A stretch of DNA of 20,505 nt from Candidatus Woesearchaeota archaeon (GTDB lineage: Archaea > Nanobdellota > Nanobdellia > Woesearchaeales > GW2011-AR4), in contig JACOZN010000019.1 in the NCBI GenBank assembly GCA_016181305.1, forward strand, positions 1-20,505, given 5' to 3'. Below the pieces are notes generated by a model. That model was not told the DNA's origin. It searched no databases and saw only the letters and a list, made by a program, of their open reading frames with translations. Positions 1-7,295 of the stretch are shown here, in pieces. The position numbers were made by a program, and so were the translations under genes. The number at the start of each line of letters is the position of its first letter. The stretch's first letter is position 1.

Positions 1-6
1 GATGTT

Positions 7-495
7 TTGAAACTGGCTGCCCCGTGCCGGTGCAGCGCCTGCAGCCACGGCTGCAAGTACGGCAGCGGCTCCCTTGCAGGGGACGATGCAAAGCACATTG
101 CAAAATTTTTGGATGTATCTGAGGAAGAGCTGAAAAAGGGCTTTTTGGAGGAGGTTGAACTATTCAACAAAAAATTATTGCGCCCGAAACTGATAAGGGA
201 GAAAAACCTGCCTCATGGAAAATGCATATTTTTCGACGATGAAAAGGGCTGCACAATCCACGAAGTCAAGCCGCTGGAATGCAAAACAAGCATCCAGTGC
301 AAGGATTATGGCGAAGAACTAAGTGTCTGGTTCATGGTTAACCACGTTGTCGATGCAAATGACGCGGAAAGCCTAAGGCAGTATGCGCATTACATTAAAG
401 CAGGCGGAAAAATAATTCCGGGCGCTGAGCTGGAGAATCTGGTGCCAGACAGGGAAAGATTAAGAAAGATTTTGAGTTATGAGATTTTGAAGTAA
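7..495 (+). CDS. YkgJ/UPF0153-like cysteine-cluster (putative Fe-S or Zn binding) protein, probably 5'-truncated by the window edge
   Basis: Cys clusters [10 protein letters not shown] and [20 protein letters not shown] match the CxxCxxC(C)...C-x-IH-x-x-(R/K)P-x-x-C pattern. The frame is open back to base 1. The stop lies 1 nt before the dnaJ ATG. Confidence 0.7.
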   Translation: MKLAAPCRCSACSHGCKYGSGSLAGDDAKHIAKFLDVSEEELKKGFLEEVELFNKKLLRPKLIREKNLPHGKCIFFDDEKGCTIHEVKPLECKTSIQCKDYGEELSVWFMVNHVVDANDAESLRQYAHYIKAGGKIIPGAELENLVPDRERLRKILSYEILK

Positions 496-496
496 G

Positions 497-1533
497 ATGC
501 CAAAAGAAAAAGACTATTACAAGATTTTAGGGGTGGGCAAAAGCGCTACAAAGGAGGAGATTAAGTCAGCTTACAAGAAATTGGCTAAACAATATCACCC
601 TGACCTGAACAAAAGCCATGATGCAGCTGAAAAATTCAAGGAAATAAACGAGGCTGCTGCTGTGCTTGGCGACGATGCAAAAAGATCCCAGTACGACCAG
701 TTTGGCACGGCAGGCGAGCAGTTCCAGCAGGGCTTTTCAGGGTTTGATTTCTCTGATTTCATGTCAGACATTGGGGGATTTGGAATGGACTTTGACAGCA
801 TTTTTGAGAATTTCTTTGGCGGCAGCCGCTCCTCTGGCAGGGCAAGGAGAAAACAGAGGGGCTCTGACTTGAGGTATGATATGGAAATTGAACTGGAAGA
901 TGCTGCTTTTGGCGCAACAAAGACAATAAACATCCCAAGGCTTGAGGAATGTGAAAAATGCCATGGAACAGGAGCTGAAAGCCCAAAAGACATCATAGCC
1001 TGCGATGAATGCAATGGAAGAGGTGTCTCAACAAGAACTCAAAGGACTCCTTTTGGGCTGTTTTCCACAACAACAACATGCAGGAAATGCAGAGGGCAGG
1101 GCAAGTACATAAAAAATGAGTGCCCTGAATGCGATGGCAAGGGCGTTGTCAGAAAGACAAGAAAAATTGAAGTCAAGATTCCCGCAGGAGCAACTGATGG
1201 AACTAACCTGAGGGTTCAGGGCGAAGGGGAGGCAGGCGGGCAGCCAAGGTTCCTGTTTCATTCACGACAGCAGCCATTGGAGGGGAGATTGAAGTGCCTA
1301 CACTCAAAGGCAAGGCTGATCTGAAAATCCCAGAAGGCACGCAGAGCGGCACAATCTTCAGGATGAAGGGGCTTGGGATTCCTGACCTGCACAGCCACCA
1401 TGCAGGAGACGAGCATGTTGAAGTTTACATAAAGGTCCCTGAAAAGCTGACAAAAAAGCAGAAGCAGCTATTGGAGGAGTTTGAGAAGGAAAACAAAAAG
1501 GACAAGGGGTTATTTAAGGGGGTGTTTGGGTAA
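497..1533 (+). pseudogene. dnaJ: Chaperone DnaJ, split by an internal deletion with frameshift at ~1244-1249 (true pseudogene or assembly artefact)
   Basis: J domain with HPD, G/F-rich region and four CxxCxGxG motifs lie in frame 497. The C-terminal domain ([43 protein letters not shown]...) continues in a different frame from 1249 to the stop at 1533. The usual GDLYV...FER.G.DL segment is absent. Confidence 0.9.
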
Positions 1534-1552
1534 GTTATTTATGATATAGAAA

Positions 1553-1882
1553 ATGAAAAAACAAACTATATTTTCAGAATATCTTGGAAATTCACCTTTA
1601 ATTAGAATACTCAACTTCCTAATACTCGGCAAGGACTTTGACTACAGCATGACAGATATTGCAGAAGGCAGCCATGTAGGCTGGACGTCTTTTACAAGGG
1701 CTTGGAAAGAGCTGGAAAAGAGGAAAGTTGTTGCACGTACAAGAGACATAGGAAGGGCAAAATTGTACAAGCTGAATACGCAAGACCCAACTGTGCAGAA
1801 GCTTATAAAGCTGCATTGGGAGATTATAAAGACAGAGACTGATAAGATGCTGGGCAAAAAGAAGATGCTTGCTACAGCCTAG
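1553..1882 (+). CDS. Winged helix-turn-helix DNA-binding protein
   Basis: YSMTDIAEGSHVGWTSFTRAWKELEKRKVV helix-turn-helix followed by the wing RTRDIGRAKLYKLN. The 3' end overlaps the convergent nadM by 11 nt. Confidence 0.7.
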   Translation: MKKQTIFSEYLGNSPLIRILNFLILGKDFDYSMTDIAEGSHVGWTSFTRAWKELEKRKVVARTRDIGRAKLYKLNTQDPTVQKLIKLHWEIIKTETDKMLGKKKMLATA

Positions 1883-2279
1883 AAGAATAAATCTTTTTTA
1901 TTCTCTCCACACCATTAACCTTCTTTATATAATCCTCAATCTCTTTCGGCACCAAACTCTGCCAGTCCTTATTTTTAATTATTTTATCCCGTATAATGGT
2001 GCTGCTTATCCCCCTGATTAGCCTTATTTTCTTGACTTTTGAATCATGCCTTTTGAAGACAGGATAGATTTTGTAATGATTTATTTTGTTGTTTTTCAGG
2101 GTATTGGCTATCATTTGCCTCCTTTCTTTGTAAGAAAATGGGTTGTCTAAAATATTCTTTTCCTGAGAGCTCCCGATTGCAATAATAACTTCGTCAGCTT
2201 CCTTCAGGACTTTCTTTATGTCAATTAAATGCGCATTATGAAAAGGCTGGAATCTGCCGATGAAAAGAGCGCGGTGCAT
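1872..2279 (-). CDS. nadM: Archaeal nicotinamide-nucleotide adenylyltransferase, with an apparent in-frame internal deletion at ~2057/2058
   Basis: GRFQPFHNAH (HxGH-like), GSSQ, NPFSYKER, SSTIIR and LVP motifs. Only 135 aa; the central segment normally found between YP(V/I) and the F-x-x-x-x-x-x-V region is missing. Confidence 0.85.
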   Translation of the reverse strand: MHRALFIGRFQPFHNAHLIDIKKVLKEADEVIIAIGSSQEKNILDNPFSYKERRQMIANTLKNNKINHYKIYPVFKRHDSKVKKIRLIRGISSTIIRDKIIKNKDWQSLVPKEIEDYIKKVNGVERIKKIYSSRL

Positions 2280-2302
2280 AAAAAGAAATGGTTTTAGGGA
2301 AG

Positions 2303-2310
2303 TTTATAAA
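2303..2310 (-). promoter_or_regulatory. TATA box (TTTATAAA) of nadM, overlapping the stop codon of the upstream methyltransferase
   Basis: Minus strand reads CAACAACC-TTTATAAA; the ATG is at 2279, consistent with a leaderless or short-leader transcript. Confidence 0.55.
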
Positions 2311-3071
2311 GGTTGTTGGGAGTTTGGTTGACTATAGTAAGAAATTTTTTGTCCGGGTCTTCCAATTACATGGTTTTTAGCAAATTGCCAAAAATCATAT
2401 TCTGCATTTAAAAACCTTAACTTTAATCTTGCCTCGGCACCATTTTCATCAGGCATTAAAGCTAATGAATCACTATCTTGGTGCACAACATCAACACTAT
2501 CTCCAAATGCTTCTGATATTGTCACGGGCTTTTTTTTATCATTACTCACTAAAACTGCCTGATTCTTATAGAATGGTTTTATGAGCAATGTACCCCTTGC
2601 ACCACTAACACGATTTAATAAGTTTGCTAGAGCCCCTACCCCCTCCAGCTTGTGATTTATATAGGGAAAAACCTGATGGCTGACACCTAAATCTATAGGT
2701 AACAAATTTTCTTTTCTAAGTATTTCAATTAAATCTCCCTCATAAAACGTGGCATGTTCAGAATTTTTCCAAAATTCGCCTGAATGGGAATCTATACCTA
2801 TATAAACAATTCTTTTAACAATCTCTTTATCAAGCCCCTTTTGCTCTGCTCTTTTAAAAAGTGCCTCAAACATATCAGTTATGGTTCTGCCTTCTCCACA
2901 GCCGATATCATAAAAATGAACGCTAGGTTTTATTTTTGCATGTTCCAGTAAAATATCCGCCAAAGTGCCTCCTAAACCCGAGCCAAAAGATTGGGAATAG
3001 TCGGCAAATGTCCTGTTCCTAGTTAATTCAAATGAATAGTCATCTTGTGTATTCACATAAACTGGAGGCAT
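2304..3071 (-). CDS. Class I SAM-dependent methyltransferase-like protein
   Basis: Motif I HFYDIGCGEG, acidic strand-2 end YIGID, and a GDL motif. Visibly more AT-rich than the neighbouring housekeeping genes. Confidence 0.7.
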   Translation of the reverse strand: MPPVYVNTQDDYSFELTRNRTFADYSQSFGSGLGGTLADILLEHAKIKPSVHFYDIGCGEGRTITDMFEALFKRAEQKGLDKEIVKRIVYIGIDSHSGEFWKNSEHATFYEGDLIEILRKENLLPIDLGVSHQVFPYINHKLEGVGALANLLNRVSGARGTLLIKPFYKNQAVLVSNDKKKPVTISEAFGDSVDVVHQDSDSLALMPDENGAEARLKLRFLNAEYDFWQFAKNHVIGRPGQKISYYSQPNSQQPL

Positions 3072-3172
3072 GAAATTATAATTTTGCCATTATTTTAAAT
3101 ACCCTTCTGCCAAAATTATTCCAATAAGAATAATCAACTCTTAAATCTATTCATTGTCTATTTTTATAATCA

Positions 3173-3216
3173 CAAGCAGGTTTCCTCCTTCATGCTTAAT
3201 TTAAGAGGACGCTCTC
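3173..3216. repeat. Minimal copy of a two-block structured element (CAAGCRGGTTTCCTCC ... AGAGGACGCTCTC)
   Basis: Block 1 (3173-3188) matches 17141-17156 at 15/16. Block 2 (3204-3216) matches 17270-17282 at 13/13. The blocks base-pair with each other; the spacer here is 15 nt. Confidence 0.8.
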
Positions 3217-3264
3217 GTTTTTTATTTATTTTTAATAATGGACGTAAATAATTTTTTCAAAACC

Positions 3265-3272
3265 TTTATAAA
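3265..3272 (+). promoter_or_regulatory. TATA box of the dph6-like gene
   Basis: CAAAACC-TTTATAAA with the ATG at 3294. Confidence 0.55.
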
Positions 3273-3293
3273 TAAAATAACTATACTTTTCCC

Positions 3294-4109
3294 ATGGACG
3301 TTGCAATTCTTTTTTCAGGAGGAAAGGACAGCACTTTTGCAATCCAGCATGCAAAGGAAAAAGGCTGGAACATAAAGTATTTGATTTCTGTAAAGCCCAC
3401 AAGAAAGGACTGCTTTCTGTTCCATTACGCAACCGTTGAGCAGACAAAGGACATTGCAAAAATGCTCAATCTGCCGCATTTCTATGTTAAATGCAGGGTT
3501 GCAGACCCTGTAAAGGAAGCCAATATAGTGAAGGAGATTGTTGAAAAGCAGCAAAAAAGGATGAAAATTGATGCAGTTGTCCTTGGTGGCACTGGGCTGC
3601 AGGAAACCCAGCTTAAAAGCATACAAAACGCGCTGCTGCCGCTGGGAATCGAGGCGTTTGCAAGCCACTCTGGAGAGGAGCATGACTTGGTGATGGAAAA
3701 AATGTTAAATGACGGCTATGAAATTCTTGTAACCCAAATTGCCTCTGACGGCTTGAAGGACTGGCTTGGGAAGAAAATCACAAAGGAGAACTTTCCGCAA
3801 TTGAAAAAGGACTCTGTAAAATACGGCTTCCATATCGGGTTTGAAGGAGGCTATGCAGATACGCTTGTATTGGACTGCCCATTGTTCTCAAAAAAGCTGG
3901 TTGTTGAAGACATGTCAGTCATTTTTGAGGACAACTACTGCGGAGACTATTCCCAGCGATGCCACCAAAGTGACTGTTCCCTTAAACCCGCCAGAAACAA
4001 AAAGCTTCAGGTAGCCGTGATAGGCAAAAATAATTCCGAGAACGACTCTCAAAATTGTCAATGCCCATTGGTTAACGCTGGTTTTTGCCATTTAAATCAA
4101 CACAATTAA
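3294..4109 (+). CDS. Diphthine-ammonia ligase (Dph6/MJ0570)-like PP-loop ATPase. Homology ends at ~3944; the C-terminal tail is read through antisense doxX sequence.
   Basis: LFSGGKDS PP-loop, WLGKKI, EGGYADTLVLDCPLF. After EDNYCG the protein turns into sequence that is the reverse strand of a DoxX reading frame. Confidence 0.8.
   Translation: MDVAILFSGGKDSTFAIQHAKEKGWNIKYLISVKPTRKDCFLFHYATVEQTKDIAKMLNLPHFYVKCRVADPVKEANIVKEIVEKQQKRMKIDAVVLGGTGLQETQLKSIQNALLPLGIEAFASHSGEEHDLVMEKMLNDGYEILVTQIASDGLKDWLGKKITKENFPQLKKDSVKYGFHIGFEGGYADTLVLDCPLFSKKLVVEDMSVIFEDNYCGDYSQRCHQSDCSLKPARNKKLQVAVIGKNNSENDSQNCQCPLVNAGFCHLNQHN
3915..4091 (-). pseudogene. DoxX-family membrane protein, N-terminal fragment (58 aa, not in ORF track)
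   Basis: Manual translation: MAKTSVNQWALTILRVVLGIIFAYHGYLKLFVSGGFKGTVTLVASLGI|VSAVVVLKND*. LRVVLG..F..HG..KL is the DoxX first-helix signature. The ATG directly follows the VKOR stop (TAAATG). Confidence 0.75.
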
Positions 4110-4490
4110 AATCAACACTGACGCAATCGATGAAACAATGCAGTACTCGCACCATTTCCTGAGCACAAATGCCTGAACTGCAGTAAGGTAAATTGAAAAC
4201 AGCACAGAGCCGATGCTTGCACCCACTATAAAATAGTAAACAATATCTGCTTTAAAAATGTTTTGATTCAGCAAAATGAAGATTCCATAAAGGAATATAA
4301 ACACATAGTAAAGCATGCCCGGTATAGTATTTTCAACTCCGAATGTCTTGCCGTACCTGCTTTTGACTACAGCATCGCAGTTTTCCCCTATCAGGCAGTG
4401 CATCGGCTTGCTATACCTCTTTGTGTAATAAATGTAAAAAGAGACTGCAAAGCCTATAGCAGACAATACCATTAAATATAATGGTTTCAT
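4092..4490 (-). CDS. Vitamin K epoxide reductase (VKOR) family membrane protein
   Basis: Hydrophobic helices, loop cysteines HCLIGENCDAVVKSRYG, and the active-site CxxC in WCEYC. Confidence 0.85.
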   Translation of the reverse strand: MKPLYLMVLSAIGFAVSFYIYYTKRYSKPMHCLIGENCDAVVKSRYGKTFGVENTIPGMLYYVFIFLYGIFILLNQNIFKADIVYYFIVGASIGSVLFSIYLTAVQAFVLRKWCEYCIVSSIASVLILIVLI

Positions 4491-4888
4491 TTTTTTAATT
4501 TAGAGCTTTTGTACATATGTTGCATGTAAGGGCCTATCCGTATCACATCAGCCTTAATCCCCCTTTTTTTTAATTCATCTTCCACTTCCTGCTTTTGTAT
4601 TCTCTGGTCGTAGCCGAGGCAGATGGCATCGGGCTTTACCTTTTCTATAATCCCAAAAATATTGTCTTTATTGCCCAAAACAGCCTCGTCAACGATTTCA
4701 AGCGTCCTTACCGCCTCAAGCCTTTCCCTTTCATTATGCGCCGGCTTCCTGCCCTTGAATTTTTCAGATGTATCATCCCTTGCGACAACAACAACCAATT
4801 TGCTGCCGTATTTCTTGGCTTCAGAAAGGTAATACAAATGCCCTGGATGAATTGTGTCAAAGGTGCCTGCGCACATAACTTTTTTCAT
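4487..4888 (-). CDS. ribL: Archaeal FAD synthetase (cytidylyltransferase-like family)
   Basis: GTFDTIHPGH, VVVARD, ERERLE, DAICLGYDQ. The start was moved to the ATG at 4888 (MKKVMCAGTFD). The stop overlaps the VKOR ATG. Confidence 0.85.
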   Translation of the reverse strand: MKKVMCAGTFDTIHPGHLYYLSEAKKYGSKLVVVVARDDTSEKFKGRKPAHNERERLEAVRTLEIVDEAVLGNKDNIFGIIEKVKPDAICLGYDQRIQKQEVEDELKKRGIKADVIRIGPYMQHMYKSSKLKK

Positions 4889-4920
4889 AATATGGAGAAA
4901 TAAAAGGAAGGTTAAAAAGG

Positions 4921-5583
4921 TTATGATAAGATTGACTCTATGCCGTTCATTGGGCATATCCTTAAAACTTTTTTAATTTTTATGCCCTCTTGCGATTGCT
5001 GGCAGTTAACAACGATTGGAACCTCTATTTCCACCCCTCCTAAAGATTTTCCGGTGGCGGACAGCAGTTGCCTCAGTTCATTAGTCAATCCGCCCTCAAA
5101 ATGGTATAAAACATCATCACCAGAGCCATTGCGCCTGGAAACAACTCCAGCTACGTGCTGCCCACTTACAAATAGCCCTTTGTAAGAATGAGGGCAATCT
5201 TTGTCAGGTATCCCAATAGTGACTGCAGACATGGCTATCCCGCCGCTGGTTCTATCAATTAAATAAGAAACTGAAGCGCTTTTTGGGCTGTACACCCCCC
5301 CGAAGCGATTCAACCTATCCGTAATATAGCCTGTGTCTGTTTTTTCCATTGCCCTCAACAGGTCTTCAGGGGGATAAAAAAACTGCACCCATTCGCTAAT
5401 TCCACTTTCAAAATTCCCATTTTGGCTGAAAGCTATTTTTTTTGGAGCTACACCTACGCCTCCAATTGGGGACATATCACTTGGAAAGAAGACACCAATT
5501 GCATAATTACCGATGCTGGAGCGATAAACTCCGTGAATTGCATCATCGCTGTTTTTTCTTATAACTTTGGCAATCTCAACCAC
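4921..5583 (-). CDS. Hypothetical protein (220 aa, GTG start)
   Basis: Long ORF filling the gap between ribL and glnA, with a TATA box about 35 nt upstream. No family recognised. Confidence 0.65.
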   Translation of the reverse strand: MVEIAKVIRKNSDDAIHGVYRSSIGNYAIGVFFPSDMSPIGGVGVAPKKIAFSQNGNFESGISEWVQFFYPPEDLLRAMEKTDTGYITDRLNRFGGVYSPKSASVSYLIDRTSGGIAMSAVTIGIPDKDCPHSYKGLFVSGQHVAGVVSRRNGSGDDVLYHFEGGLTNELRQLLSATGKSLGGVEIEVPIVVNCQQSQEGIKIKKVLRICPMNGIESILS

Positions 5584-5615
5584 CGCACACTAATCTGTAA
5601 ACCAATTTTTGCACC

Positions 5616-5653
5616 ATATTTATATAATTTTTCCAGATTTTATTAAACAAAAA
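5616..5653 (-). repeat. 38-nt direct repeat copy A (T-tract + BRE + TATA) immediately after the glnA stop
   Basis: atatttatataatttttccagattttattaaacaaaaa; 35/38 identical to 7177-7214. Confidence 0.9.
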
Positions 5654-7135
5654 TCAGATGTCATAATAAAGCTGGTATTCCCAGGGATGGGGCCTCAGCC
5701 TTATCGGGTCAACCTCCTTCTTTCTTTTGTATTCAAGCCAAGCCTCGATAACATCTTTTGTGAATACATTACCCTGCAGCAGGAATTCATGGTCTTGCTC
5801 AAGGGCATTTAATGCCTCTGGCAAAGATGCCGGCACGCTTGGTATTTTTCCTGCTTCCTCTTCGCTTAAATGGTAAATGTCCTTGTCAAGAGGCTCGCCT
5901 GGATCAACTTTTCTTTTAATTCCGTCAATACCTGCCATCAGCATTGCTGCAAAGCAAAGATAAATGTTGCAGCTTGGATCAGGCGTTCTGAACTCAACCC
6001 TCTTTGCCTTGTCGCTTCTTGAATAGACCGGGATTCTTACAGCAGCGCTCCTGTTTCTTTTTGAATAAACAAGATTTACAGGCGCTTCAAATCCAGGAAC
6101 TAATCTTTTGTAAGAATTTGTTGTTGGCGCAATTATGCCGCATAATGCCGGAGCATGCTCAAGCAAGCCTCCAATAAAGTGCATTGCTGTTTTGCTTGCC
6201 AATGCATATCCTTCTTTATCGTAGAATAAATTTTTTCCTTGCTTCCATAAACTCATATGGGTATGCATTCCAGAGCCATTGTCATTGAACAAAGGCTTTG
6301 GCATGAATGTTGCTGTTTTGCCATGCTTTAATGCAATGTTCTTTATTATGTATTTATACATCATTACTTGGTCTGCCATTCTAACTAATGGAGCATAGCC
6401 CATGTCAATCTCGCATTGCCCAGCAGTTGCAACTTCATGATGATGGCACTCCACGCTTATGCCTGATCTTTCCATTATTGAAACAATTTCATTTCTTATA
6501 TTCTGCAAAGAGTCGCTTGGCGGCACTGGAAAATAGCCTTCTTTGTACCTTGGCTTGTAGCCAAGATTATTTGATTTAGCCCCATTCGCGCTTTCGCTGC
6601 CTGTATTCCAACTTCCTTCAGCAGAATCAATATAGTAATAGCCAAAATTTTCTTTTTGGTCATACCTTATGCTATCAAAGATAAAGAACTCAAGCTCTGG
6701 GCCATAGTAAGCAACATCTGCAATTCCAGTTTCTTTTAGATAAGATTCTGCTTTTTGGGCAATATACCTAGGATCTCTTGAAAAAAACTCGTCTGTTTCA
6801 GGGTCCTTAATATTGCCGATTATGCTCACTGTATTGTTAGAAAATGGGTCTGTGAAGCCACTCTTCAAATCTGGAACAAGAAGCATGTCGCTTTCATAAA
6901 TCTCCTTAAAGCCCCTTATTGATGAGCCGTCAAACCCAAAACCATCTGTTATCGAACTCTCACTTAACTGGCTTATTGGCACAGTAAAATGCTGCCATAA
7001 GCCCGGCATGTCTGTAAATTTCAAATCGACAAATTTTACCCTTTCCAAATCTTTTTTCAAGTTTTCAACTAAATCTTCTTTAACAGACTTAAAAGGCTCT
7101 TTTTTTATTAATTCTAAAATTTCAGTTGGACTCAT
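5654..7135 (-). CDS. glnA: Glutamine synthetase type I-beta (bacterial type)
   Basis: [61 protein letters not shown]. Has the GSI-beta insertion WNTG...[15 protein letters not shown] and the adenylylation-loop Tyr in DKDIYHL. SD-like GGGGGT lies upstream. Confidence 0.97.
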   Translation of the reverse strand: MSPTEILELIKKEPFKSVKEDLVENLKKDLERVKFVDLKFTDMPGLWQHFTVPISQLSESSITDGFGFDGSSIRGFKEIYESDMLLVPDLKSGFTDPFSNNTVSIIGNIKDPETDEFFSRDPRYIAQKAESYLKETGIADVAYYGPELEFFIFDSIRYDQKENFGYYYIDSAEGSWNTGSESANGAKSNNLGYKPRYKEGYFPVPPSDSLQNIRNEIVSIMERSGISVECHHHEVATAGQCEIDMGYAPLVRMADQVMMYKYIIKNIALKHGKTATFMPKPLFNDNGSGMHTHMSLWKQGKNLFYDKEGYALASKTAMHFIGGLLEHAPALCGIIAPTTNSYKRLVPGFEAPVNLVYSKRNRSAAVRIPVYSRSDKAKRVEFRTPDPSCNIYLCFAAMLMAGIDGIKRKVDPGEPLDKDIYHLSEEEAGKIPSVPASLPEALNALEQDHEFLLQGNVFTKDVIEAWLEYKRKKEVDPIRLRPHPWEYQLYYDI

Positions 7136-7176
7136 TTTTACAACCCCCGTTTTTATGTATTATTCAGATTTTGTCA

Positions 7177-7214
7177 ATATTTATATACTTTTTCCAAGTT
7201 TTATTAAACAAAAA
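7177..7214 (-). repeat. 38-nt direct repeat copy B containing the putative glnA promoter (BRE GGAAAAA + TATATAAATA)
   Basis: atatttatatactttttccaagttttattaaacaaaaa, located 42-79 nt upstream of the glnA ATG. Confidence 0.9.
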
Positions 7215-7295
7215 CATTATAAAAATCGATAATTTTAAATATTTGTTTAAGAATCTGCTATAAATTTGCTATAAAATAAACAAACGTTGGGTAAA

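Noticed and set aside
1240-1324. Programmed ribosomal frameshift in dnaJ
   Set aside because: There is no slippery heptamer, and conserved residues are missing, so a frameshift would not rebuild the protein.
5800-5809. 10-nt match (CAAGGGCATT) between glnA and the tRNA intron
   Set aside because: Too short; expected by chance in 20 kb.
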